This document shows positions 27,079 to 38,984 of a stretch of 64,000 bases of DNA, in pieces (position 1 is the first letter of the stretch; every line of letters starts with the position of its first letter). Source of the stretch: Mesotaenium endlicherianum (lineage: Eukaryota). Made by a program: the position numbers and the translations under genes. The stretch is taken from the NCBI GenBank assembly GCA_009602735.1, contig WELA01000881.1, positions 1 through 64,000 of the forward strand. The letters run 5' to 3'. The notes under the pieces were generated by a model that worked only from the letters and a program-made list of their open reading frames with translations, was not told the origin of the DNA and did not search any database.

Positions 27079-27834
27079 AGAAAAAGCGACGTCTCGGCGC
27101 GTCAAGTCAGGTCTTACACATGTGGAGCAAACTAGTCAACAGTTTCAAGTCAGATGCCACACATGTGAAGAGGACTAGTCAAAGGCGCCAAGTCAGGTGC
27201 TACACATGTAAGGTAGACTAGGCAATGTCGTAGGTGGTGTGACCTTATTGGCTAGCCTACTCCTTAATGATAAAGAAAATTGTACAAGTTGGCCCAAAAT
27301 CTGCCACAAATTCAAAAATTCATAGCGGCCACAGAACTGCTTCTTATCTGAAAATTTGAGAGCCAGACAGACCGCGTCGGAGAACTCTACCGGGTCACCG
27401 AATTTGAGAGCATTCTCATTCCTGGAGTGTCGTTGAGAGCTGAGAGAGTAGGCACTCCTCCAAATCTGTGCAGAAACTTCTGAAAATCATAAGTCCTTCT
27501 ATACTTCTCCAAATTCTGCAAACTAAGTCTCAAACTGGGCGCTGTAAGATGTTCTACCAGAGTCTTGAGTTTCAGAGCATTCCAAGTTCAGGGGAAGGCA
27601 CAATGTCAGAAGGCATATTCTGCCCTAACAATGCCAGCAGCCTGACCCCCTTCTACTTAGAGCATCATATCTCTCTCACCAGTGCTCCAAATTGAGCAAA
27701 CTTGGACTCTAAATGACCGGCTACTCATGGACTACAGCCAGGTAAATTTTCAGAATTTATTATGCAGAGACCTATTACCAGTAGCAGTTTTAGTTTTCTG
27801 TCCAGAAACTGCGAGAAGAGAAGAGTGTCTAATG

Positions 27835-30800
27835 TCAATTTTTCCTCTTTCTTGTTCTTGCAGGCTGCCTCCAAGGGGTCTTCTGCTGCTTCTTGATGGT
27901 GGCAGGCTGCCTCCCTGAAGTCTTCGGGCTTCTAGTAGAGAGACTTGGGGCTGGTCCAAGATGGGGGTTGGCGGCATGGAAGCGCTTCAACTTTCTCTGA
28001 ACTTTGTCAAGGTAGTGCGCCGCCACCCAACTATTCTCCGAATCTGGATATCCTTTCCACTTGATCAAGTATTGCTGCTGTCTCCTGAAATTTCTCATAG
28101 CCACTATGTCTTCCACTTCGTACTCCAAATGATCATCCACTATTGTTGGGGCTGGTGGGGTTGTCACACGTCCTGGGAACTTGTTGTCGGGTTGCACATA
28201 TGGCTTGAAGAGGGAAGCGTGGAATACGGGGTCGATGTGCATAGTCTGGGGAAGTTCTAGCTTGAAAGCAACGGGGTTGACTTGCTGGATAATCTTGAAG
28301 GGTCCCAAATACTTGGGAGAGAACTTGCTGCCGGCAGGCCTGTTGTTCAGGGAAATGTTCTTGGATGATAGTAACACGTTGTCACCCACTCTGTACGTAA
28401 TTTCTCTTCTGGATCTGTTCGCCACTCTTGCTTGAGCATCTTGCGCGTGTTGTAGAGCTTTCTTCGCTGCTGTAAGGGCTGCTTCTAATGTCTCCATAAA
28501 ATCTGTGGCTGCAGGTACTTCATCATGGCCAGCCGTGAAGCTCAGTGGCGTGGTCGGATGGAAGCCATAGTTGAGGAAGAATGGGGACTCTTGGGTAGAG
28601 GCCTGCGTAGTGTTGTTGTAGGCAAACTCGAGGGGGGTCAAGTACATGTCCCAGTCTTGCTCGAGGGTAGACACGTAGGCCTTTAGAGAGGTCTTTAGGG
28701 TACGATTCATACGCTCGGTTTGCCCATCTGATTGTGGGTGGTAGGCAGTAGACATATCCAGCGATGTACCCAAGTTCTTGAAGAGATTTTTCCAGAAATG
28801 GCTTGTGAATCTTGGATCTCTATCTGACACAATTCTTGATGGTAGTCCATGGAGTCGGAAGATGTTGTCAAAGATGAGTCTTGCAAGTTGTGGTGCTGTA
28901 GCCTTAGTCGTCGTGGGAATAAAATGAGCCATCTTGGTAAGTCTGTCCACCACCGTGAGTATTGCATTATGGCCTCGAGGTGTCACGGGCAAGTCCACGA
29001 TAAGGTCCATTGAGATGTCCGTCCATTGTCTCTCGGGGATTGGTAGTGGTTGGAGGAGTCCTCTCGCCTTTTGCGATGATGGCTTGATTCTTTGGCATGT
29101 GTCACAGCTCCTGCAGTACTCCTTGACTTGCTTAGACATGCCTGGCCAACAATAAGTCCTAGCTAGAACGCCCGTGGTCCTTAGGATTCCAAAGTGTCCT
29201 CCAAGAGGGTTGTCGTGTGCTTCTCGTAGAAGCAAGAGCCGGAGGTCTATGTCATTAGGAACACATCTCTGGCCCGTATCTTGCCTCACCCAATAATTGC
29301 CTTCTTGCTTCTTGCATGGGTCCAAGGCTGCTTCTCCGTTCTTGTAGTAAGGGTCTCTTTCATAGGCGGCTGAAAATCGAGCTTCCAGATCTGTCTTCAG
29401 GGATACCATCACTGCATTTAATTGCAGTCTTGAGAGGGGGTCAGCCGGGTTTGTCTTGCCGGGCTGGTACTGAATCGTGATGTTGTATTGTTGCAAGTAT
29501 CCGCTCCATCTTGCTTGTCTCCTTGAGAGATACGGCTGCGTTTGGAGGTGCTTTAACGCCTCGTGGTCCGTGGTGACCAGTACTTTGCGTCCTTCAACGT
29601 AGCAGCGCCAAACCTTCAAGGCATGTACAATCGCCAATGCCTCTCGCTCCGTGGTTGTATAATTTTGCTCGGCTGGATTTAGCTTCCTTGACTCGTAGGC
29701 GATGGGCTGCAGTCCCTTGCCTTGGTCTTGAAGCAGGATTGCTCCTATTGCATAGGAAGATGCATCGGTGATGACGTGGAAGGGCCAATCTGGGTTTGGA
29801 CTTGGGAGTGTGAGCACCGGGGATGTGGTCAATCTTCGCTTTAACTCTTGAAATGCCTCTTCCTCTTTCTCGGTCCATGTATATAGCCTGTCCTTCTTGA
29901 GTAGATCTGTCAGGGGGGCTGCTATGTGCGAGAAGCCTTGGATGAATTTTCTGTACCAATTGGCAAATCCCAAGAATGACTGGAGTTCTTTCTTGGTCGT
30001 GGGGGTTGGCCATTCCTCCACCACCGTGGTCTTCTTGGGGTCCATCTTGATGCCATCAGCAGTCACGTGGAGACCTAGGAACTCCACTTCTTGTTTGGCA
30101 AACTCGCACTTTGACTCCTTCGCAAATAGCTTGTTTTGCTTCAATACTTCAAGGACTTCTTTCAAGTGTCTCGCATGCTCTTCAAGGGTCTTGCTGTAGA
30201 TAAGGATGTCATCGATGAATACCACCACAAATCTGTCCAACATGGGCTGAAATATGGTGTTCATCATAGTCATGAAAGTTGCTGGCGCGTTGGTGAGTCC
30301 AAATGGCAGGACCATGAACTCAAAATGTCCATATCTTGTCCTGAATGCCGTCTTCTCTATGTCCGGTTCTGCGATGCGAATCTGGTGGTAGCCGCTCCGT
30401 AAGTCAATCTTCGTGAAGTACTTGGCTCCAACCAGCCGGTCCATGAGCTCATCCATGCGCGGCAGCGGGTATCGATTCTTGATGGTGATCTTGTTGAGGG
30501 CGCGATAGTCCACACACATCCTCAAGGTACCATCTTTCTTCTTGACAAATAGCACCGGGGCTCCAAATGGCGACTTGCTAGGTCGAATGAAGCCATGCTC
30601 CAGTAGCTCCTTGATTTGCTTCTTGACTTCGTCTAGCTCCGTGTATGACATTTTGAACGTAGGCCGAGAGATGGGCTTGCTTCCGGGCTCCAACTCTATC
30701 TTGTGGTCTACGAATCTTTTGGGGGGTAGGCCCTTGGGCAATTCCGGGGAGAACACTTCTTTGTAGTCCTCTAAGACTTCTTGTATCTCCTTGGGAACGG

Positions 30801-31500
30801 GGCTGCCTTCTTGACTCTCGATGTCTTTCTTGATGTCTTTTGGCGTGATCAAGGCCAAAAGAAGCTCGTGTCCCTTCCTCACAAGTCTCTTGAGTTGGAG
30901 GGCGGACAATAGTATCTCGTGTGCCGGCTTCTGGATGTCTTGGGTCTGGATATTCTGGATTGCGCGCAAAATACAGATTCTTGAAGTGATGTCATTCTTG
31001 ATCTTGATAGTACCGGTCCTCCAATCAACTTGGGGGTTGTGCTTGGTCAACCAAGGCGTCCCTAGGATGACGTCGTACTTGCCCAATTGCATGGGGGAGA
31101 ACACTACTCTATCCTTGAAGGACTTGATAGAGAGTGCCAAGGGGTACGTCTTCTTGGAAGGGGTAGTATAGGAGAATCCATCGGGCATCATAATCTCCTC
31201 GTCGTGGTCAAGAGTTCGCATAGTAATACCGTGCTTGGTGGCAAAATCTGCAGCAATGAAGTTGCCTTGAGCTCCGCTATCCACCAAGATGTGGACCTTC
31301 TCTCCTCCAAGGTAACCTCTCAAACTCATTGGGGCTGGAACGTCGTCTTCAACGGGGGTCTCCACCTCACTTGGCGTGTTGCCTTCTCGTGAAGTGGGTC
31401 TTGGGGTGGTAGGCTCCTGGCCTACCGGCGCTGTCCGTTTTTTGACAACTTTTTGGGGCATGAAAGTGCACGATGGCCCTTTTCCTTGCAATAGAAGCAT
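27835..31500 (-). CDS. pol: Intact Ty3/gypsy chromovirus Pol (protease, RT, RNase H, integrase, chromodomain)
   Basis: 1221-aa ORF with LVDSGA, '[11 protein letters not shown]', FIDD, 'TDAS..AIGA', HHCC zinc finger, DDE core, GPF and 'EYEVEDI...[13 protein letters not shown]'. Probably expressed by frameshift from gag. Confidence 0.97.
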   Translation of the reverse strand: MLLLQGKGPSCTFMPQKVVKKRTAPVGQEPTTPRPTSREGNTPSEVETPVEDDVPAPMSLRGYLGGEKVHILVDSGAQGNFIAADFATKHGITMRTLDHDEEIMMPDGFSYTTPSKKTYPLALSIKSFKDRVVFSPMQLGKYDVILGTPWLTKHNPQVDWRTGTIKIKNDITSRICILRAIQNIQTQDIQKPAHEILLSALQLKRLVRKGHELLLALITPKDIKKDIESQEGSPVPKEIQEVLEDYKEVFSPELPKGLPPKRFVDHKIELEPGSKPISRPTFKMSYTELDEVKKQIKELLEHGFIRPSKSPFGAPVLFVKKKDGTLRMCVDYRALNKITIKNRYPLPRMDELMDRLVGAKYFTKIDLRSGYHQIRIAEPDIEKTAFRTRYGHFEFMVLPFGLTNAPATFMTMMNTIFQPMLDRFVVVFIDDILIYSKTLEEHARHLKEVLEVLKQNKLFAKESKCEFAKQEVEFLGLHVTADGIKMDPKKTTVVEEWPTPTTKKELQSFLGFANWYRKFIQGFSHIAAPLTDLLKKDRLYTWTEKEEEAFQELKRRLTTSPVLTLPSPNPDWPFHVITDASSYAIGAILLQDQGKGLQPIAYESRKLNPAEQNYTTTEREALAIVHALKVWRCYVEGRKVLVTTDHEALKHLQTQPYLSRRQARWSGYLQQYNITIQYQPGKTNPADPLSRLQLNAVMVSLKTDLEARFSAAYERDPYYKNGEAALDPCKKQEGNYWVRQDTGQRCVPNDIDLRLLLLREAHDNPLGGHFGILRTTGVLARTYCWPGMSKQVKEYCRSCDTCQRIKPSSQKARGLLQPLPIPERQWTDISMDLIVDLPVTPRGHNAILTVVDRLTKMAHFIPTTTKATAPQLARLIFDNIFRLHGLPSRIVSDRDPRFTSHFWKNLFKNLGTSLDMSTAYHPQSDGQTERMNRTLKTSLKAYVSTLEQDWDMYLTPLEFAYNNTTQASTQESPFFLNYGFHPTTPLSFTAGHDEVPAATDFMETLEAALTAAKKALQHAQDAQARVANRSRREITYRVGDNVLLSSKNISLNNRPAGSKFSPKYLGPFKIIQQVNPVAFKLELPQTMHIDPVFHASLFKPYVQPDNKFPGRVTTPPAPTIVDDHLEYEVEDIVAMRNFRRQQQYLIKWKGYPDSENSWVAAHYLDKVQRKLKRFHAANPHLGPAPSLSTRSPKTSGRQPATIKKQQKTPWRQPARTRKRKN
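31408..31443 (-). promoter_or_regulatory. Putative -1 ribosomal frameshift signal
   Basis: A AAA AAC in the gag frame (31437-31443); pol is in the -1 frame; downstream stem GGTAGGC-CAGGA-GCCTACC at 31408-31426. Confidence 0.75.
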
Positions 31501-31878
31501 AGTCCAGCCGTCATGAGAGCTTCTTTTTCAGCCGGGGAGAGTCTTGCTTTCACTCCTTGCTGGTTTCTTGCATCATAAGTGTCATTGGAGGGTCTTCCAC
31601 TCTTCCGGGCAGCCGCGGGGTCCCTTTTAATAACTCTGATTTCCATGGGTGTAGGTCCAGATTCGGATGTGGAAGGGGCTGCGTACACCCGCGTCGTCGG
31701 TACCCGTGAAGATGAAGGCACGGAGTGCTTGAAATCCAAGGTATCCACCTTTTGGGCCACTTCAATGATCTTTGAGAAGTCCGTCAAGTCGCGTAACTCC
31801 ACTTCCTTTGCCACCTTGGGTTTGAGGCCAAAGATGTAACGGTCAATCTTCTCCTCGAGAGACATGTTGGGGATCTCA
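31422..31878 (-). pseudogene. gag: 3' part of A2 gag
   Basis: 'YIFGLKPKV', 'GPTPMEI' and '[14 protein letters not shown]'; continues the 5' part at 37621-38439. Confidence 0.9.
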
Positions 31879-32547
31879 TTTTAACCGTACCTCAGCTCCA
31901 ACACACTTCAGCTTGATGTGTGTTAAGCCAGGACCTGCCTAGCACGAGATCATAAAAGCCAGTGTTGAGTACCTCAAATGTAAGCGTTTCAGTTAGAACT
32001 GCAATGCCAGAACCTAACCGGACCTCAATAGACTTGGTGATAACTCCTCCCGGGATACTGGAGGCACCTTCAAGGAATATTTTTCTATTCGCTTGCGTGA
32101 GGGTAGGCAGCCTTAGCCGCTTAACTAAGTATGTGACGCCCCTCCGTCAACAAATGCCCTCATCTACCTACCTGCAATCATACAATGCAGTAGAATAAGG
32201 GGGACTGACTTTTCCTTACTTTCGCATTGTTCTCTTGATTTAGCAAAGAAATGTTGAACATCAGGTGGAACAAGATTTTCCAGAGTGTGCAATGTGCAAG
32301 GATTTATATTGCTGATGGTCTTTTTTTTCAGTTTGTCAGGCATGCATAGTGAATCCAGTTCAGCAGGACCTATTATACCTGCTACGAGGGCAGCTATTGA
32401 CAACTCACTGTCCCTAGCATCCTCATAGTCAGTAGATTGGATTACTGAATGTTGCTGTCTCTTAAAGGCTGGTTCTTTGTCTTGACCTTTGGAATGTACT
32501 TGACGAAACACTGCTCTTTGTAATGACCCTACTGCTGGCCATGGTAG
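31879..32547 (-). pseudogene. Degenerate gypsy knuckle/protease fragment of another family (E), part 2
   Basis: Reads 'CYHGQQ*GHYKEQC' across the B2 TSD, then 'MRAFVDGGASH' and 'YDLVLGRSWLNTHQAEVCWS*GTVK'. Confidence 0.75.
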
Positions 32548-35500
32548 TGAAAGGGGCAGAGTGTACGAGTGGAAGCGTAGTAACTCACGAGGAAAGGAAC
32601 TTTTTGCAATCATACTAACGAGTGCAGGGGCATATCACTAAGAAAGCTTAGGAAAATTACTCAACATTTTGAGTAGCAAGAAACTGCTCACAAATGATGT
32701 AGGATGAAAGGCCTTGTCATTACCAACCCGTAGAAATATACAGAAGTGAAAATTGAAAAGAAACAACGAAATTATGCCTATTTATAATTTTTTGCCTAAG
32801 TGCTCCTCCCTAGGAGGATGCTACGAACTTTTTTAAGTGTTCGTCAAATCGTCCCATCCATAACAGTCGTGAGTAAGCCAGATCAGTCTAATTTGACGTG
32901 TCGGGCCGAATGGACGTCTACATACATCGACATAACTAGAATATTCTTTCATAGACGCGCTAGGCTAAATCGAAACTTCTAGGTAAATCGACCTAGTCGG
33001 CACTCCGCGTCAACCGAACTTACGTGGAAGTTCGAGTTCATCCTAACGAGCCAGATCGCTCGACGCTGTCGGTCAATTCGACGATCGCGCTCACCGCGAG
33101 TTAAAGACAGTCGTAGACTGACCTCAAAACCAATTAACCTTTGGAAATCCATAATTCTCTCAATACTTGACCAAATTCGATGAACGTTATATCAAACTGA
33201 CCACAAAAATGCACTCTACACGACTATGCAATCAAAACATACTTTCATGAAACTCAAAAATGCTCTATATAAACCTATGACCTTACATCATCCCCCTCCT
33301 CAAGATTCGACGTCCACGACGCATTCTGCAGATAACGTCTCAACTTACTCTTACAATGAGTCAAGTTGGCCTCCGGTTCTCAAGTGGTTTTGTTCGCATG
33401 GTAGCCCTTCCACTTGACCAGATACTCTTGAACAAGTCGTTGACCTCGCTTGACTCGTCGATCGCCGACAATCGCCTCCACTTCATACTCCAACACATCA
33501 ACGATTTCAAACGGTGGTGGCGGTGTAGGTAGTCGTCCTGGATGTCCTTCAATCGGGTCAACGAATGGTCGCATACAACTGACATGGAACACATCATGGA
33601 TACGCCAGCTTGAAGGGAGCTCCAACTTGTTGGTCACTGGATTAACCTGCTGGAGCACCACAAAGGGACCTGTGAACCGTGCCTGCAGTTTCCTCTTGCC
33701 TGTGAAACGTAGGTTCTCTGTGGACAAGAGTACTTTGTCGCCCACATGGAATGTCACTTCCCTCCTGTGCTTGTTAGCATGCTTGACTTGCTCTTCCTGT
33801 GCCTTTCAAATACAAGTTTTCAAGGTCTTCGAATAGAACAAGATGTCGTCCAAAAATACCACCACTAACTAGTCCGAATAGAGTCTGAAGATACTATTCA
33901 TGAGTCCCATAAATGTAGCAGGTGCATTAGTCAATCCAAAAGGCATGACTGTGAACTCGAACAAACCCCAAAAGCAGTCTTCTGAACGTCTCCTTTCGCA
34001 ATCCATACCTGGTGATAGCCACTCCTCAAATTGATCTTCGAGAAATACTCCGCTCCAACAAGCCTATATCAACTCGTCCACACATAGAAGTGGGTACCTG
34101 TTCTTGATGGTGACCTTGTTGAGTGCCCAATAGTCGACACACAACCTCATAGTCCCATCCTTCTTCTTCAGAATCAAGACTGGCGTTGCAAATAGAGACT
34201 CGTTGGGTCGGATGTATCCCTTCTCTAATAACTTTGTCAGCTGCTTCTTCAACTCATCCAACTCCGCAAACGATTGACGATAGGCGGGTCTCACTGGTGG
34301 CTTGCTCCCTGGTTCCAACTCGATCTTGTGCTGCATAGCTCTCTTTGCAGGTAATCCTGCAGGTAGCTCCTCAGGAAACACGCACTTGAACTCCTCCAAC
34401 AGCGCCTTAATTTGGGCAGGCATCTCAGCAGGCTTCTTCTCTTGAGCAATTGGGCTCTGCACCTTCTGAGCAAGGGGATCAGACACCACTACTTGCTCCT
34501 CTGACAATGTACATTCGCCCAGGCTGTTAGGATTCACGCTTGCTCCATTTGATGACCTGGCCAGGGCCACCGTAACAAGGTACATCTCCTTCACCTGATT
34601 CGCCCTGCATAGCTTTTTAACTTGCAGGCTCGACAGAAGACAGTTACTTGTGGTCGTATCTACCTCCACCTGTTTCGCTGTCTCCATTCAACCATCACGC
34701 CCTTGGACCTTCCCTTGTCGGCCCAATATCACCTCATGGTGACCCAACTCTGCCTGCTCCATAACTTCCTTACTCCGGTGCCCCGCTATTTCCACGTGAA
34801 TAGCTTTCGCAGGTGCACCACACTTGAGTCTCTGCCCATTCGCCAAAATTGCCTCCTTAGGCTCATAATGCTTATGCACAGGGACTCGCCACTCTTTCAC
34901 CAGCTTCTTGTGCACAAAGTTTGCTCTTGCGCCATTGTCGACCATACACTTCGCCTTGTTGCCGTCAACCACACCGTCCACGTTGATAGCCTTGTCAACG
35001 TCTCGTCCTTTGCTTCTCGGCAGGCTCCTGGAGATAACCTCCTTGTGAGTTCTCGTCTTTACGCCAGTAGACACCCCAGAACGACTTACTGGCGTCCTCC
35101 TTTTTCCTGCTGTTGATGTTGCTTCGTTTTGACATGACAGTCTCAAGCCAGATGTCCAAGCTTGCCGCAATGATAGCACGGTCCTCTCGGCTTAAAATTC
35201 TGCTGCCCGCGATGGTACTGAACAAGTCCCAACTCCATAGGTACTGGATCTTGAACACTTGTGCTTGGCGCTTGAGGTCCAAAATGTCGATATCCTCCAA
35301 AGTTGTGGCTGCCCCACTGCCTCTGACTATACTCCACAGCGTTGACCCTTGTTGCCAATGCCATCATTTCTCCAAGACTTGTAGGGTCCTTGAGCGCCAC
35401 TTCCTTGGCCACAGTTGGCTTGAGGCCCCTCTTGAACTTGTCCATCATCTCCGACTCGTGCATGGATGAACATTGAAGTACCACCTCACTGAAGCGCAAA

Positions 35501-36879
35501 CCATACTCCTGTACGCTTCCTCGTTGACGAAGGCGCACCACTAAATCTCGAGCGGTAGCCTTGGGTGCAATAGGTTAAAACTGCCTCTTCAAGCCTTCAA
35601 ATAGCTGATCAACAGTAGCAAGAACTCCAGACAGCTGCTCCTCTTGCTCATTTTAAGCTCCAGCACTCTTCTGCAGCAAAGTTATGACAAAGGCGACTTG
35701 CCTGTCGGGCGTGAGCGCAGAATACTCCATAATCTTCTTCACTCCAAAAATCCACTGATGAACAGGCGACGATCCACCCTCTCCTGTATAAACTTCAGGC
35801 TTGGGCGCACGCACTCACGATGCGGGTGGAATAACTGGTTGCACCACTGGGTTAACATGAATTGGTGGCACAATAGGTGTAGGTGCCGAACTCGTCAAAG
35901 CGGTCTTCCCCATAACAACACGTACCATTCACTCCACCTCTGCGCGCATATTTTGTTGAAACTAGATGTAGACTTCTCCACCAATTGCATTCGCCATCTG
36001 CCTTAGCATCGCCTGCATCTCTTGTTGCTCTCTGGTCATTGTTGGTGCTGCCCCGCGCGCTCAATATGCTCGACATGTTCGCGTCCTCCAGCTGCCGACT
36101 GCGACTTCATAATATAAACTAGCCCTGCTCCAATACCGAATGAAAGGGGCAAAGTGCCCTAGTGGAAGCGTAGTAACTCACGAGGAAAGGAACTAGTTGC
36201 AATTACACTAAAGAGTGCAGCGGCATATCACTAAGAAAGCTTGAGAAAATTACTTAACATATTGAGTAGCAAGAAACTTTTCACAAATGATGTAGGATGA
36301 AAGGCCTTGTCATTACAAACCCGTAGAAATTTACAGAAGTGAAAATCAATAAGAAACAAGGAAGTTATGCCTATTTATAATTTTCTGCCTAAGTGCTCCA
36401 CCCTAGGAGGAAGCTGCGAAGCTAAGTGTTCGTCAAATCGTCCCTTCCAAAACATTCGTGAGTAAGCCATATCAGTCTAATCTGATGTGTCGGGCGGAAT
36501 TGACGTCCACATACATGCATTGACATTACTAGAATATTCTATCATAGGCGCGCTAGGCTAAACCGAAACTTCTAGGTAAATCTACCTAGTCGGCACTCCG
36601 CGTCAGCCGAACTTACGTGGAGGTTCGAGTTCATTCTAACGGGCCAGATCGCTCGACGCTGTCGGTCAATCCGACGGTCGCGCTCACCGCGAATTAAGGA
36701 CAGCGTCAACGGACCTCAAAACTAATTAAATCTCGGAAATCCATAACTATCTCAATACTTGACCAAGTTCGATGAACTTTATATTAAAATGACCACAAAA
36801 ATGCACTCTAAACAATTATACAGTCAAAACATACTGTTATGAAACTCAAAAATGCACTTTATAAACCTATGACCTTACA
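32548..36879 (-). mobile_element. Internally deleted family B element (B2)
   Basis: LTRs 32548-33287 and 36141-36879; perfect TSD GGTAG; PPT and PBS remnants. Retains gag, PR, partial RT and chromodomain; RNase H and most of IN are deleted near 33815. Confidence 0.94.
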
Positions 36880-37620
36880 GGTAGCAAAAAGATTATGCTG
36901 AGGCTGGTGTCGGCTTAGTCCTACCACCACCTCTTCCATAGCCACCTAAAGAGTATCTACCTCCTCCTCTAGACTGTATAGCCTTATACTTATACTCATA
37001 CTCATCACCCTAGTCTCAAAATACTCCCGTACAGCCTCTTTCGGCTGTACTTATTACAATAATTTGTATCGTGATACTCCGTATTGGCGTATAATCAAAT
37101 TTTTTGATGTAAATTATACTCAGTTTATTCCACCAGTACTCACGTATTTTGGCGTATTCCAATGTAAAAATTTGACTCTCACGTATTGTACGCACAGCGA
37201 ATTTGTACACATATATGCCCTGTATCCAAAGTTAAGGACTAAGCTCATCACCCTCATCGACCTTAGCCTGATCTCCGTCGAGTGCATTATAGGAACCGTG
37301 TGCCTTATTGACAAACTTAGACACCAAAGCATTTTCCTCGAGCTTGTGATTGAATCGTTGCTGATTCCAAGCAAAAGCATTCTGGATCAAGTTAGCCAGT
37401 TCATCATAATTCTTTTCAGCAAAATGACCTGAGACTTCGGATTTCAAGCCATATTTGAAGTATGCTGTTTCCTACCACTCTGGCAATTCTGGTTGCTTCA
37501 TCATGTTCTCCTAAAAATTTTGAGCAAACTCAACAGTTAAAGTGGTCTGCTTCAGTGTCAAGGAGATCATTGAATAGATAGCTTTTTCCTACTGATTGAT
37601 AACATCAAACTTCTCATGCA
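36880..37620 (-). pseudogene. Degenerate gag fragment of family E, part 1
   Basis: Minus frame reads 'EKAIYSMISLTLKQTT..EFAQNF*..PELPEW*..YFKYGLKSEV..LANLIQNA', then a Gly/Arg-rich stretch leading to the knuckle. Confidence 0.7.
37009..37243. mobile_element. ~235-bp non-autonomous DNA element (MITE-like)
   Basis: Flanked by direct repeat CTCATCAC(CCT) at 37001 and 37244, with imperfect ends CCTAGTC...GACTAAG. Removing it rejoins the E gag frame (VDEGDE|YEYKYK). Confidence 0.65.
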
Positions 37621-38439
37621 GAGGGCGTGAAATCTGGATGTATACTCTTGAACGAACGTCGTTTGCTTGAGATGGTGGAGCTTTCCTCGGGCAATCTTCT
37701 CCGCATTGATGGGCATGAATTGCTTCTTGAGGGCCTCACGAAAATCTGCCCATCTTGCATATGATGGTGGGGGCTCTTGGCCGAGCATGGGGTGCGCCAT
37801 AGCTTGATATATAGCCGCTTGATAGTTACGCCACCATGATGTTGCTGCTCCTCTAAGTAAGGTAACGGCAAAGGGAACGTAGTCCTCCTCGGGTACTTCA
37901 AGGAATGCGAGGTACGTCTCCACTTGGTAGAGCCATAAATTCAGGTTGGCACCTTTCCCGGGGTTGAAAGTGTCGGGTTTGCCGGGCTTGATGAGTTTCC
38001 TTGCTCTCGTTGGCTCTTGTGGAGGCGCTTGAGCCGGGGCTGGATTTTGAGCATTGCTCGCAATAGGGGCAACCATGGCAGCCATAGCTTCTCTTGACGC
38101 TTGCACGGTTGCTTCATAGGTGGCCAAGCCCACTTGGTTGTGGACGGTCATTAGGAAGGCTGCCCACTCATTTGCGGGAACTCCTTGTGGTGGGGTCAAC
38201 TTTGCTATAGCGGCTGCCACGGGATTTGACGGTGCTCCTCCTTGTGGTGCTTCTTGTTGTTGCAGATTTCCTTGAGTAGGCTCTCCCATCGACGCTGGAG
38301 GAGGGTGTGCTCCTCCTTGTGGTGCTTCTTGTTGTTGCAGATTTTCTTGAGTGGGCTCTCCCATCGGCGCTGGAGGAGGGTGTCTTGGAGAGGAAGGGCT
38401 TCCTTCGAAAGCTTGCTGTTGGTCTTGAGGATCGGCCAT
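37621..38439 (-). pseudogene. gag: 5' part of A2 gag
   Basis: Nearly identical to A1 gag up to 'SRFHAL', where the insert begins. Confidence 0.92.
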
Positions 38440-38463
38440 CTTCTTGTGCTACCAAAGTGCCTA

Positions 38464-38475
38464 GCTCCGATACCA
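38464..38475 (-). promoter_or_regulatory. Primer binding site (tRNA-iMet type) of A2
   Basis: TGGTATCGGAGC one base inside the 5' LTR. Confidence 0.88.
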
Positions 38476-38984
38476 CTGTAGTGAAACAGATAGATAAAGT
38501 ACTTAGTAAAACAGAATACTTTATCTATTCAAGACAAGGATCTTTGAACACAAGTGGTAGCTTCTTGAAAGAGAGATGGCTTCTTGAAAGTTAATATATT
38601 TCTGGATTTTGGCAAATACAAGAGTGATTCTGGAATGTCTTTCTATGTTCTAGCTCTTGTTTATATACTTGCTACATAAGTAATTTCTAGGAAGGTGTAT
38701 GTTGATGTGTTGGCACCCAACACATCCCAAAACTTGCCACCTCTTTCTAGAATAATGTACACATGTCCTTTTGACCTAAAAATGGCACATCTGACTTTTG
38801 CCACATGGAGTTCTTCTAGGTCTTTCCTCTAACTTCGAAAATGCCTTGGAAGGTTCAAAGGACATGAACCAAGTTACTAGAGTACCTATTCACACTTGCC
38901 TCCACACCATACTACTTCAAATATATTTGAAAACATTAAAATATATGCAAACTAATGTATAATAACTCAAATCACTACAGAATG

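Larger units (their letters stand above)
26563..38979 (-). mobile_element. Young family A chromovirus (A2) with a 5.7-kb insert in gag
   Basis: 503-bp LTRs 26563-27065 and 38477-38979 differ at about 6 positions; perfect TSD GAATG; PBS and PPT present. Confidence 0.96.

Noticed and set aside
27961..31392. Plus-strand ORFs overlapping pol
   Set aside because: Antisense shadows of the pol frame.
37010..37050. Helitron 3' end (hairpin then CTAG on the minus strand)
   Set aside because: The insert has a target duplication and is not at an A|T site, unlike Helitrons.
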